Origin: Spirochaetia bacterium | GTDB taxonomy: Bacteria; Spirochaetota; Spirochaetia; SZUA-6; Bin103 | Assembly: GCA_965203905.1 (NCBI GenBank) | Contig: CBDBDQ010000005.1 | Span: 5,472,001-5,536,000, forward strand | Length of the DNA stretch: 64,000 nucleotides | Reading direction: 5' to 3' | Shown: positions 9,571-23,400 of the stretch, one piece after another | Numbering within the stretch: position 1 is the stretch's first letter | How the letters are laid out: the number at the start of each line of letters is the position of its first letter | Notes under the pieces: generated by a model | Database searches by the model: none | What the model was told of the DNA's origin: nothing | What the model saw: the letters and a program-made list of their open reading frames with translations, nothing else | Translations under genes and position numbers: made by a program

Positions 9571-10911
9571 CTAACTGTCGAACACGCCGCGGACACCCTC
9601 TTCGGTGTCGGCGAGGTGCTGCATGTAGTCAGCCGGGCTGTCCATGAAACGGGCGAACATGTCCAGGCCGAACTCCGCCGCGGGCGGCGTCGTCGCCAGG
9701 TCGTAGTTGAAGGCGAAGGTGTCGGCGTTGTTCACCGCCTCCAGGGCGCGCGTCATCACCGGTGTATAGATGCTCTCGTCCACGTTGACGTTGGGAGACA
9801 GCGCGCCCTGGATCTGCGCCCACTTGGCCTGCGACTCGGGATCGCTGGCCATGAACGCGACCAGCGCCTCGGCGTTTTCCCGGTTCTCGGCGTCGGCCGA
9901 GATCAGCCAGCCGTCCACCGGCCCTACCACCGCGTTGGCGACTCCGTCATCGATCGCAGGGAACTCGAAGAAGTCGTAGTCGTCCCCGGCCATCAGGCCC
10001 TGGCCGTTCCAGTAGCCGGTGATCCAGGTGCCCATCAGTGTCATCGCCGCATCGCCGCGCGCCACCTTGTCGGAAGCGTCGGTCCAGTCGTCGGCGTTGG
10101 CGTTGGCGGCGAAGTAGCCGGCGTCGACCAAGTCCTTCCACAACTCCATCGCCCGCTGCACCTCGGGGTCGGTGTAGGAGGCGTCGCCGGCCATCAGGGC
10201 GGCGCGGTAGTCGGGACCGGCGGTGCGCAGCAGCAGGTAGTCGAACCAGAACTGGCCCGGCCAGCGGAACTTGGAGCCGAGCGCGATCGGGGTGATGCCC
10301 TGCGCCTTGAGGTCCGCGCACAGTGCCAGGAACCCGTCCCAGTCGGTCGGGAACTCGGTAACTCCCGCCTCGGCCATCACCTTGGCGTTGTAGAACATGC
10401 CGGCGTAGTGGTAGCCGAACGGCACCAGGTAGCGGCTGCTGTTGTAGTTGGTGGCACCGTCCGCCACCGACTTGGCCACCACGGAGCCGAGACCGTACGA
10501 GGCCCACATGGTATCGATGGTGGCGAGACTGCCGCCATCGACCACGAACTGCGTCCGGGCACCGGCCCAGTAGCTGAACACGTCCGGCAGGTTGCCGCCG
10601 GCGGCGCGAACCAGGATGCCGTCCTTGAAGTCCTCGTGACCGATCGGACTGTCGACCACGGTGACCCCGGTCTGCTCCTTGAAGCTGGCGAAGATCTCCT
10701 CCAGCCCGGCGCGTCCGAGATCGCCGCCGAAGTAGTGGGTGATGGTGACTTCGCCGGGGCCGGCGCTCTCCATCTCCGCGGTCGCCCACGCGAAGCTCGC
10801 GAGCAGGCTGAACGCGCAGGCGAGTGCGGCGATCTTCGCCGCGGTCGTGACCCGCGTGCCGCCGCGGGTGCTGCCGGCGTGTCCGGCAGTGATAGACCCT
10901 GAATGTTGCAT
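9571..10911 (-). CDS. Sugar ABC transporter substrate-binding protein (family 1)
   Basis: AGGAGG SD upstream of ATG 10911; signal peptide; FYNAKVMAEAG, GDAAMTLMGTW motifs; upstream of two permeases. Confidence 0.9.
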   Translation of the reverse strand: MQHSGSITAGHAGSTRGGTRVTTAAKIAALACAFSLLASFAWATAEMESAGPGEVTITHYFGGDLGRAGLEEIFASFKEQTGVTVVDSPIGHEDFKDGILVRAAGGNLPDVFSYWAGARTQFVVDGGSLATIDTMWASYGLGSVVAKSVADGATNYNSSRYLVPFGYHYAGMFYNAKVMAEAGVTEFPTDWDGFLALCADLKAQGITPIALGSKFRWPGQFWFDYLLLRTAGPDYRAALMAGDASYTDPEVQRAMELWKDLVDAGYFAANANADDWTDASDKVARGDAAMTLMGTWITGYWNGQGLMAGDDYDFFEFPAIDDGVANAVVGPVDGWLISADAENRENAEALVAFMASDPESQAKWAQIQGALSPNVNVDESIYTPVMTRALEAVNNADTFAFNYDLATTPPAAEFGLDMFARFMDSPADYMQHLADTEEGVRGVFDS

Positions 10912-11451
10912 CGAGGGTACCCTCCTGCGCGCTGTTATGGTGCCGATTCGGTCCACCTGTCAACGCGGGTCGAGCAGGGGCACCGTGATGCCGGCGCGTG
11001 GGGGAGCCCCCGGCACCCGCTCAGGCACGCCCGTGCCGGGCATCAGCGGCGGCCGCAGGCAGCTCTTCAGTGCTCGAACGGTAGGGGAGCCGCCACGGCG
11101 AAAGCGGACCGCCGGGCCATGCGAGTCCGGGCCAGGCACTCCTGGAAAGACTGGTAGTAGACAATTGGGATCGAATGCTCTGGCCACTTGGGTGCGAAGT
11201 TGCCGCCATAGTATGAGTGTAACCCCGGGTACGTTGTGAGCGCTTGCTCACCGCAAGAATTCCCAAAAAAACCATCCAACAATTCGTCAAAGTGCACGCA
11301 TTGGCGCCCACCGGAGGCGTGAGTAAACGCTCGGAACGGCGTGCGGCATCAGACGAATGAACCACGCATCGGGCACTGAAAGATACTCCGATAGACCCTC
11401 GCCAAGTCCACGGAGCGCTCAAGGAACCCGCGTTACGGGTCGAAAAGGAGC

Positions 11452-14400
11452 GTGGACAGTAACCAGTGGATCAAGATGCGTATCGTTATCAACGACACGC
11501 GTGAGCGCACCTCACGGCGTGTCCGTACGCCCATTGCGGCGTCTCTTTTTGGCAAGAAAACAGCTTCTCCGGTGCCCCATGGCGCAGCCGCTGACGCTCG
11601 AGACCCTTTGCCCGGTTCTTCCGGAGCGCCGGACGTATTTCCTGACAACACTTCCAGGTCGCCGTCCGGCAATTACGTAGCGGCGCACCTGCCAAGCCCC
11701 CGGATACGCTCCGGGAATCTCTGGAAATACCCTCGCGCGCGCGCATTGCGCGCCCTGCTCATGGTCGCCGCGTTCGGCGCGGGGCACGTCGTACACGCCC
11801 AACCAGATGCCGAATCCGGCCCACCGACTGCCTCGCATGCCGCGTTCGGCGGCTCCGGGATGGCGCAACTCGGCAGTCGTCCGCTGCCCCACGTGCAGCT
11901 TCCGGACAGCACGGTGCCGGGCAGCGACCTCCTGCGCCGAGCTCTGCTGACGACCGGCACCGCCGTCTCCACGACAGCCAATCCGCGGATCGTGGAGGTG
12001 AGCCTCGACTCCGACTTCGGGAACCGGCGCTGGTACCCGCCGCGGCGCCGGATCGCGGTAGCGGTGAAGTTCGACCGCCCGGTGCGGGTCAGCACATTCG
12101 CCGGAACGCCGTGGATAGGGCTCAGCCTGGGAACCCAGCCGCTCGGCCGCGCGAGCTACGTGGCCGGCTCCGGATCGAAGGAGTTGATCTTTCATCTGGT
12201 GGTCGCGGACCGGAACCAGGACCTCGATGCGGTCGCGGTGGCGGCGAACTCCTTGAATCTGAACGGCGGCCTTATCCGGCAGCGGGCTTCGCTGGTGGAT
12301 GCGAGCCTGGCTCACGGCGCGGTGGCGGGGAGACTGGACAATGCGATCACTCGGTTGGAGACCCCCTTCGTCACTGACCTGGTCGCTGGGGCGGACGGCC
12401 CGCACCACGCCGTCGAAGGTCAGCCGCCTTCGGCCGAGGTGATCTTCGGTCGGGATCTCGCGCTGGCGTCCGGCAGTGTGCGGACCCCGCTCCCCGGGCT
12501 CGACTTCCAGAGTGAAGTGCGGCTTGCCCGCCACCCTGGCGCCGCACCTGCCGGGATGGCGGCGGCGGCGACCCCTCAGGCCCACGTCGACCAGTTGCGA
12601 GCCGCCGAGTCGGTGCTCGCCGCGGCACGCAGTTACCGCGTTGCGCCCGCCGGCAGCGAAGAGGCGGCCGCAAGCTCCAACACCCTGAGGGCAGCCAGTT
12701 CCCCGCCAAGAACCCCCTTTCTGTCCGCGTTCGCATATGGACAGTCGCGGATCGCTCTTCAATGGAGCAATTTGAGGGACAACAGAGTCACCGAGTATAT
12801 GCTCGAATTCTCCGATGATGGCGAGACAACCTGGGAGACCCTGCCCTACGTGGACGGCGAGGGAACCGAGCACGACACGCATCCCCCGGCCACCCGGCCG
12901 ACGAGCAACAAGTTCGACGACGACGGACTCGACCCCGGCACCACCCGCCACTACCGGGTCAAGGCGCTTACCAGCGATCCAGCAGTAGAGAGTGAGTGGT
13001 CGCGGGTGGTGAGTGCGACCACCAATTCCATGGTGTCGGTTGCTGAATGCAGCGCGGCGTTCTGGTCGGCCGAGATTACCGTGAGCGAGTTCGGGGCGTT
13101 CAACTACCTGGGTTTCCGCATCGATGGTGGGACTCCGAATGGTGACGGATCGATCTCCGACGGCGACTTCACGCTGGGAGCGACCGAGTACACGGTCACC
13201 GAGGTCTACTTTTCTGGCGGTAGGGGATACTACAACAGCCCCCCGGACTATCACTTCGCGGCCGATGACGATCCGTCGTCGGATACCGACTTTTCGCAGG
13301 CCCAGCTCGACGAGTTCAACGACCTCGTGCTGTACGTGGGCGACGTCCGTCTTCCCTTTGCCGGCGTTACCGCCCACAGCAACCAGTCGTACGGCCACGC
13401 CTACCGGTGGACTTCATACAACTACGAAGACACCTTCGGCTCCCCGGACGGCGACTACATAGTCGGCGACCGGGTGCCGGTGTGTCTGATCGACACCTCG
13501 CCACGGGTAACGCTGAAGCTGACCCCCGATTCGATCAGCGAGAACGGCGGCGCCAGCACCGTGACGGCTACCGTGAGCAGCGCGTCGAGCACCCCGTTTG
13601 CCGTGACCGTTTCGGCGGCGGCGGTTTCGCCGGCAACTGCGAACGACTTCACCTTGAGCAGCAACAAGGTGCTGAGCTTCGCCGCCAACGCCACCGAGAG
13701 CACCGGCACCGTGACCATCACCGCGCGGAACAACACGCTGGATGCGCCCGACAAGACAATCACGGTGTCAGGCAGCGTTCCCGACAGCGCTCCGGCGAAG
13801 GCCCCGGCAGACGTGACCCTGGCTATCACCGACGACGAGGAACTGACGCTGAGCGTTACGGCGAGCCCGGACACGATCGCGGAGAACGGGGGCACAAGCA
13901 CCGTGACGGTGAGCACCGGCGGCGTGACCTTCGCCATCGCTCAGACGATCGATCTGGCCTACGGCGGCACCGCTGGCAGCGGGACCGACTACGCCGCGCC
14001 GCCGGCGTCGCTGACGCTGACCGCCGGGCAGAGCACCGTTACGGCCACGTTGCGGGCGCGGGACGACGCCATCGACGATGACGCGGAGACGATCGAGATC
14101 ACGGCCACGTACGGGGGCCAGACGGCACAGGAGACGGTAACGATCACCGACGACGACGCGGCGACGCTGAGCGTGACCGCGAACCCGGACGCGATCGCGG
14201 AGGCGGGAGGTACGAGCACGGTGACGGTGAGCACCGGCGGCGTGACCTTCACCACCGCTCAGACGATCACCCTGACCTATGCCGGTACGGCGGGCAAGGG
14301 GACCGACTACGAGGAGCCCGTGGCGAGCGTGCCGCTGCCGGTCGGGGATCACACGGCAACGCTGACGTTGACGGCGAAGGACGACACGGTCGACGACGAC

Positions 14401-17400
14401 GGCGAGACGATCGAAATCACCGCTGAGCACGGAGGCCAGACGGCGCAGGACACGGTGACCATCACCGACGACGATGAGACGACACTGAGCGTGACGGCGG
14501 TGCCGGACGCGATCGCGGAGGCGGGAGGTACGAGCACGGTGACGGTGAGCACCGGCGGGGTGACCTTCGCCACCAATCAGACGATCGTGCTGGCCTATGG
14601 CGGCACGGCGGCCAACGGAACCGACTACGAGGCACCGCCGGCGACGCTGACACTGACCGCCGGAGCAAGTACGGCGACGCTGACACTGACGGCGAAGGAC
14701 GACACGATCGACGACGACGCGGAGACGATCGAGATCACTGCCACGCACGGGAGCAACACGGCGCGGGAGACGGTGACCATCACCGACGACGACGCGGTGA
14801 GGCTGAGCGTGACGGCGGTGCCGGACGCGATCGCGGAGGCGGGAGGTACATCTACCGTGACGGTGAGCACCGGCGGGGTGACCTTCGCCACCAATCAGAC
14901 GATCGCGCTGGCCTATGGCGGCACGGCGGCCAACGGAACCGACTACGAGGCACCGCCGGCGACGCTGACGCTGACGGCGGGACAGAGCACGGCGACGCTG
15001 ACGCTGACGGCGAAGGACGACACGATCGACGACGACGCGGAGACGGTCGAGATCACTGCCACGCACGGGAGCAACACGGCGCGGGAGACGGTGACGATCA
15101 CCGACGACGACGCGGTGACGGTGTCGATAGCGGACGCGGATCCCGTGGTCGAGGGTGGCACGGCCAGGTTCGTGGTGAGTTTGAGCACGTCCAGCACGAA
15201 GCAGGTGACCGTGACCTACATGACCGCGGACGGCACGGCGCTGCAGCCTGGGGACTACACGGCGGTGCCGAGCACGACGCTGGAGTTCGCGCCCGGAGAC
15301 ACGACGAAGACGATCAGCGTCGCGACCGAGGATGACGAGCTGGACGAGGAGGACGGCGAGACGTTCAAGGTGACGCTGAAGAGTCCCGTGAATGCGACGC
15401 TGGAGGATGACGAGGCCGCGGGCTCGATCGATGACAACGACGGAGAGCCGGAGCTGTCGCTCCTATCGGTAACCCGGAGTCTGTCCGAGAGCGGCGGCAG
15501 CATGACCTTCACCGTGACCCTCAGCGCCGCCAGTGGAAAGACGGTGACCGTGGACTATGCGACCGTGGCCGACACGGCGACGGCCGTCGACGACTACGTA
15601 GAGACCAGTGGCACGCTGACCTTCAAACCCGGCGCTCCCCTCAGCAGCAGCATTCTCGTGCCGATCCAGCCGGACACGCTGAACGAGGCGGACGAGACGT
15701 TCAAGCTGCGATTGAGCAACGCGGACAACGCGACGCTCGACGGTGGCGGGAGCACGCTGGATGCGACCGGAACGATCTCGGACGATGACGCCCTGCGGGC
15801 GAGGATCAGCGAGCACGCCGACAGCGTCCCCGAGGGAACGGCGGCGACGTTTACGGTGACGCTGTCGAGCACTCCTGCCGGTGTCGAGAGCACGGCCGAC
15901 GTGGTGGTGGTCTACACGTTGGGTGGCACTGCCACCAGCGCCGACTACACCGCACCGAGCGATCTCAAGCTGACGATCGGTTCCGGGGAGTCGAGCGGCA
16001 CGATCACCATTCCGACCAGCACCGACAGCGTGCTGGACCCGGGCGAGACGATCGTGGTGACGCTGACGTCGGCAAGCACGGCGGGCGCGGTGACGGTGGA
16101 CGCGACGGCGGCGACGACGACGCTGGTGGAGGACGGCACCGAGACGGTGTCGGTGGCGGCGGCGACGGCCACCGAGGGGAACGCGGCGAATTTCGTGGTG
16201 ACGCTGTCAGGTGCGGTGAGCAGCGCGGTGGAGGTGTCCTACGAGACCAGCGACGGGAGCGCCGAGGCCGGCAGCGACTACACCGGCGTCAACGACACGC
16301 TGACCTTCAGGGTGGGCGAGAGCCTGCAGCAGACGATCGCGGTGACCACGACCGACGACACGCTCAACGAGGCAACCGAGAACTTCACGCTGACGCTGAC
16401 GTCGATTACGCAGGTGGCTGGTTTGCGCCTGGGGACGGCGAATGCGACCGGTGAGATCACGGACAACGACGCGCTGGAAGCGGAGGTGAGCGCGGATGCG
16501 ACGGAGGTGGACGAAGGCAATCCGGCGACGTTCACGGTGAGCCTGACGGCGGGAATCGAGAGCACGGCGCCGGTGGAGGTGCGCTACACGGTAGGGGGCA
16601 CGGCGGGCAGCCACGACTACACCGCACCGAGCGGCACGTTGGTGATTGCGAAGGGAGAATCGAGCGGCACGATCACGATCGCGATTGACGACGACGACGT
16701 GGTGGATCCGGGCGAGACGCTGGAGGTGACGCTGAGCGCGGCGACGACGGCGACGCGGACGGTGACGGTGGACACCACGGCAGCGGCGAGCACCACGATC
16801 ACGGACACCGACACGGCGACGATTTCGATTGCGGAAGCGGCGGCGGTGGGCGAAGGTGAGACGGCGCGCTTCGTGGTAACACTGTCGTTGCCGGTGGCGA
16901 GCGCGGTCGAGGTCTCCTATGAATCCTCCGACGGGACGGCCACGGCGGGCAGCGACTACACGCGCGCCAGCGGTACGCTGACCTTCGGACCGGGTAAGAG
17001 CCTGCAACAGACGATCGCGGTGGACGCGACCGACGACAAGCTCAACGAGGCAAGCGAGGACTTTACGCTGGCGCTGACGTCGATTACGCAGGTGGCCGGC
17101 CTGAGTCTGGGGACGGCGAGCGCGACCGGTGAAATAACGGACAACGACGCGCTGGCGGCGAGGGTGAGCGCTGACGCCACCGATGTCGACGAAGGCAGCG
17201 CGGCGAAGTTCACGGTGAATCTTACGGCCGGCATCGAGAGCACGGCACCGGTGGAGGTGCGCTATACCGTTGGGGGGACGGCGGGCAGCGACGACTACAC
17301 CGCGCCGAGCGGAACGCTGGTGATCGCGCAGGGAGACGCGAGCGGCACCATCACCATCGACATTGCGGATGATGACGTGCTGGACCCGGACGAGACGATC

Positions 17401-20400
17401 GGGGTGACGCTGACATCGGCGACGACGGCGACGCGGACGGTGGAGGTGGACACCACGGAGGTGGCGAGCACCACGATCACCGACACGGACACGGCGAAGA
17501 TCTCGATCGCGGATGCGGGGTCGGTGGACGAGGGCGACACCGCGCGTTTCGAGGTGACGATGTCGACTGCGGCAGCTCGTGACGTGGTGCTCTCCTACAG
17601 AACCTGGGACTTTTCGGCGCAGGCCGGATCGGACTACCGGGCCAAGGACGACACGCTGACGCTCGCCGCGGGCACCACGAGCGCGACGATTGCCGTTGAG
17701 ACGATCCACGACACGCACAACGAGGCCGCCGAGAACTTCACCGTGACGTTGACGCTCGACACCCAGGTGGAAGGGTTGAGCGTAGAGAACGGCAGCGCGA
17801 CGGCGGAGATTACGGACAACGATGCGTTGCGGGCGGCGATCAGCGAGCACGCCGACAACGTCCCCGAGGGAACGGCGGCGACGTTTACCGTGACGCTGTC
17901 GAGCACTCCGCCCGGTGTGGCGAGCACGACCGACGTGGTGGTGGTCTACACCGTAGGCGGCACCGCGACCAGCGACGACTACACCGCACCGAGCGATCTC
18001 AAGCTGACCATCGATTCCGGGGAGGAGAGCGGCACGATCATCATCCCGACCAGCACCGACAGCGTGCTGGACCCGGGTGAGACGATCGTGGTGACGCTCA
18101 CGTCGGCCAGCACGGCGGGCGCGGTGACGGTGGACGCGACGGCGGCGACGACCACGCTGGTGGAGCAAGGCACCGAGACGGTGTCGGTGGCGGCGGCGAC
18201 GGCCACCGAGGGAGCCGCGGCAAACTTCGTGGTGACCCTGTCGGGTGCGGTGAGCAGCGTGGTGGAGGTGTCCTACGAGACCTCCGACGGGAGCGCCGAA
18301 GCGGGCAGCGACTACACCGGCGTCAACGGCACGCTGACCTTCGGCGTGGGCGAGAGCCTGCAGCAGACGATCGCGGTGGACACGACCGACGACACGCTCA
18401 ACGAGGCAACCGAGAGCTTCACGCTGACGCTGACGTCGATTACGCAGTTGGCCGGCCTGAGTCTGGGCACGGCGAGCGCGGCCGGTGAGATCACGGACAA
18501 CGACGCACTGGCGGCGACGGTGAGCGCGGATCAGAGCAGCGTGAACGAGGGGGACGCGGCGGAGTTCACGGTGAATCTTACGGCCGGCATCACCAGCACG
18601 GCGCCGGTGGAGGTCAGCTACACGTTAGGTGGCACGGTCGGCAGCGCCGACTATACCGCGCCTGCCAGCCCGTTGACGATCGCGAAGGGAGCGGCGAGCG
18701 GCACGATCACGATCGCCGTCGCGGATGACGAAGTGCTGGATCCGGGCGAGACGCTGGAGGTGACGCTGAGCGCGGCGACGACGGAGACGCGGACGGTAGA
18801 GGTCAGCGCCACGGCGGCGAGCACCACGATCACGGACACCGACACGGCGACCGTGGCGATAGCGAACGCGACGGTAACCGAAGGCGACACGGCGAGGTTC
18901 GCGGTGACGCTGTCGCTGCCGGTGGCCAGTGCGGTCGAGGTCTCCTATCAGACCGCGCAAGGCAGCGCGCTGCCCGGCACCGGCAATGACTACCTGACGC
19001 ACAGCGGTACGTTGATCTTCAGGCCCGGTGAGAGCCTGCAGCATACCATCGAGGTGACGACGGTCGAGGACGAGCTCAACGAGGCGGACGAGATTTTCAC
19101 CGTGACGCTGACGCTGGACAGCCGGGTCGACGGGCTGACCCTGGAGACCGCCAGCGCCACGGGCACCATCGAGGACGACGACGCCGTGCCCGAGCTGGCG
19201 TTGACGTCGGTGACCCAGCGTCTGGCCGAGGGCGGCGGCAACATGACCTTCACGGTCAGCCTGGGCGCGGCCAGCAGTCGGATCGTGACCGTGGACTATG
19301 CAGCCGTAGACGGTACCGCGACGGCGGAAAAGGACTACGCCGTGACCCGCGGCACGCTGACCTTCCGCCCCGGGGAGAATCGCCAGCGCAGCATCGAGGT
19401 GACGATCCTCGACGATGACATGGACGAGGATGACGAGACCTTCGCGCTGCGGCTGAGCAACGCGACCAATGCGACGCTGGCCGGCGGCGGCGAGACCCTG
19501 GCGGCCACCGGCACGATCGAGGATGATGACGTGCTGCAGGCGGCGGTGAAGGCGGACGCGCTCACCGTGGCGGAGAGCAATCCGGCCACCTTCACCGTGG
19601 AGCTGACCGGCGGCACCAGCATGGCGGAGGTGCTGGTTGCCTATACCGTGAGCGGAACGGCCACCGCCGGCGCCGACTACACGGCGCCGGGCGGAATCCT
19701 GCGAATCACGGAGGGCGCCGCGAGCGGTACCATCACCATCCAGACGCTGGCTGACGACCTGCTGGATGCGGGCGAGACGCTTGAGGTGAAGCTGGTCTCG
19801 GCGAGCAGCGGCACGCGGCCGGTCATCGTCGACACCACGGCGGTCGCGACCACGACGATTGCGGATACGGATACGGAGACCGTCTCGATCTCGGATGCGG
19901 CGGCCGCTGAAGGCGATACCGCCAGCTTCGACGTGACACTGTCGGGCGCCGTCGCGAGTCCGGTCGAAGTGCCGTATGAGACTTCCAGCGGCACGGGAGC
20001 CACCGACGCGGGGGCGGGCGTCGACTACACCGTGACCCGCGGAACCCTGACGTTCGAACCCAACGGGGTGCGCGAGCAGTCGATCAGAGTGGCGACCAGC
20101 GAGGACAGCCTGAACGAGGCGAACGAAACCTTCACGGTGACCTTGACGAGCTCGGGTCTGCCCGACGGGGTGAGTCTGGGCACGGCCAGCGCTACCGGCA
20201 CCATCAACGATGATGACCCGCAGGAGGCGCGGGTCGGCGCCAACGCCGTGAGCGTGACGGAAGGCGGTGCGGCGACCTTTGCCGTAACCCTGACCGGCGG
20301 CACCAGCACCGCTGACGTGGAGGTCGCCTACACGGTCGGCGGCACGGCGACCGCAGGCACCGACTACACCGCGCCCGGTGGCACGCTCACGATCGCCGCC

Positions 20401-23400
20401 CGGGCGAACAGCGGTACTATCACGATCAATACCAGCACCGACAGCGTGGTGGATCCCGGCGAGACCCTGGAGGTGCAACTCACCGGCGCGACCACCGCGA
20501 CCGGGACCGTGACGGTGGACACGACGGCGGCCACGACCACGATAACGGAAGCGGACGAGGTGACGGTGTCGGTGGCGGACGCCACGAAGGAGGAAGGCGC
20601 CGCGCTGAGCTTCACCGTGGAGATGTCGGGAGCAGTGGCTACTCCGGTGGAGGTAAGCTGGGCTACCTCTTCGGAGTCGGCTGACACGGCGGTGGCGGAT
20701 ACCGACTACACTGCTGCCCGCGGCACGCTCACGTTCAACCCGGACCAGGCGCTGACCCAAACGGTCACCGTGACGACCGATGAAGATACGCTGAACGAGG
20801 CGAGCGAGACCTTCACGGTGACGCTGACGGCTTCCGACCTGCCGTCCGGTGTGAGTCTCGGAACCGCCACGGCGACGGGGACCATCACCGATGACGACCC
20901 GCTCCAGGCGGCGGTGGAGTCGATGACCCAGAACGTCCCCGAGGGCAGTCCGGCGAAGTTCACCGTGACGCTCACGGGTGGCACCAGCACGGCCGACGTG
21001 GTGGTTGCCTACTCCGTGACAGGGACCGCCACGGCCGGAACCGACTATACGGCTCCGGGCGGCCGGCTGACGCTGGCGCCCCGCGCGACCAGTGGCACGA
21101 TCACCATCGCCACGAGCACTGACGACATCCTGGACCCGGGCGAAACCCTGGTCGTGACGCTCGACACGGCGACTACCGCCGGCGCCGCGACGGTGGATTC
21201 GGGGACGGCCACCGCGACCATCACGCAGGCGGGCTCGGTCACGCTGTCGGTGGCGGACGCGGCTGCAGAGGAAGGCGAGGCCGTGACCTTCACGGTCACG
21301 CTCTCCGGTGGGGCGGCGAGCGCGGTGAAGCTGTCCTATCAGACTGCCAGCGGCACGGAGGCCACGGCAGCGGACGCTGCCTCCGACTACACGGCTGGCA
21401 CCGGGACCCTGACCTTCAATCCGAGTGCAAGCCTGGAGCAGACCATCGCGGTGGCGACGACCGAGGACACGCTGCACGAGGCGGACGAGACCTTCACCTT
21501 GACGTTGACGGGCGTGGATCTTCCGGCCGGCGTGGAGTTGGGAGACGCCACGGCCACGGGAACGATCGAGGATGACGACGACCAGCCCACGCTGGCGCTG
21601 ACCTCGGTGACCGAAAGCCTGGCCGAAGGTGGCGGCAGCATGACCTTCACCGTGAGCCTCGATACGGCCACCGGCAAGACCGCGACCGTGGATTACACGA
21701 CCGTCGATGGCACGGCGCAGGCCGGGAACGACAAGGACTACGCGGCGACCAGCGGCACCCTGACCTTCAGCCCCGGCGGCGTACGGCAGCGCAACGTTGC
21801 GGTGCGGGTCCACCAGGACGACCTGGACGAGGATGACGAGACGTTCCAGTTCGAGCTCAGCAATGCAACTGCTGCGGCGCTCGCGGGTGGCGGCAGCACC
21901 CTGGCGGTGACGCGGACCATCGTCGACGACGATGTGCTGGCGGCGGCGGTGACGGAAGTCGCCCAGAACGTGACCGAGGGCAACGCCGCGCAGTTCACGG
22001 TGACGGTGACCGGCGGCACGAGCACGGCGAACGTGGTGGTCGCCTACGCCGTGGGCGGCACCGCCACCGCCGGCGCCGACTACACTGCGCCGAGCGGCAC
22101 CCTGACGCTCACCGCGGGCGCTGCCACCGGCACCATCGCGATAACCACGTTGACCGACCAGGCGCTGGATACCGGCGAGACCCTGGAGGTGAGGCTGGTC
22201 TCGGCGAGCACCGCTACCCGGACCGTGGTGATAGATGCCACGGCCGCGGCCACCACCAGCATCGTGGACGCCGGCGCGGTGACCGTGTCGGTCGCGGACG
22301 CGACGGTAGTGGAGGGTGCGACCGCCAGCTTCACGGTGGAGCTGTCGGCCGCAGTGGCGGATCCGGTGGAGGTGACGTACGAGACCTCCAGCGGCAGCGG
22401 CGCCGGCGACGCTGCGGCGGGCTCCGATTACCCCGTGACCAGCGGTACGCTGACCTTCAGCCAGGGCGGCGCCCTGGAGCAGACGATCAGGGTGCCGACC
22501 ACCCAGGACAACCTCAACGAGCCCAGCGAGATCTTCAAGGTGACCCTGGAGGGTCCCGATCTGCCCGCGGGGGTGGTGCTCGGAGACGCCGAGGCGACCG
22601 GGACCATCACCGATGACGACCCGCTGCGGGTGACGCTGCGGGCGGAGGCGCAGAACGTCCCCGAGGGCGAGGTGGCCAGCTTCACGGTGACGGTGCGGGA
22701 CAACACCAGCACGGCCGACGTGGTGGTCGACTACACGGTGGCAGGCACGGCGGAGCAGGACGTCGACTACACGGCGCCGGACGGCAGCCTGACGATCAGG
22801 CAGGGCAAGTCGAGTGGCACCATGGCCATCACGACACTCACCGACGACCTGCTGGATCCGGGTGAGACCCTGGAGGTGACCCTGACTCGAGCCACCACGG
22901 CCGGGCGCAGCGTGACGGTAGACACCACCGCCGTGACCACGACGCTGGCGGAACAGAGCACGGTAACCGTATCGGTGCGGGCGTCGACCGGGGGCGGCGG
23001 CGCCGTCACGGCAGTCGAGGGCGAGCCGATGCAGTTCACGGTGAACCTGTCGGGCGTGGCGGCGATTGCCGTCGAGGTGCCCTACCAGACCGCGAACGGC
23101 ACGGCTCAAGCCGGCGTAGACTATGCCGCGACCAGCGGCACGCTGATATTCGCGCCCAACGAGACCAGCAAGACGGTCACGGTGCCCACCATCGAGGACC
23201 AGCTCAACGAGACGGACGAGACCTTGACCCTGACGCTGACCGAGCAAGGCTTGCCGTTCGGCGTGGATCTGGAAACCTCCAGCCTGACCGGGACCATTAC
23301 CGATGACGACCCGCTGAGCGTCCGGGTGCGCGCGCCATCCGGCAGCGTGACCGAAGGCGATCCGGTGACCTTTATGGTGGAGCTCAACGGCACCAGCACC

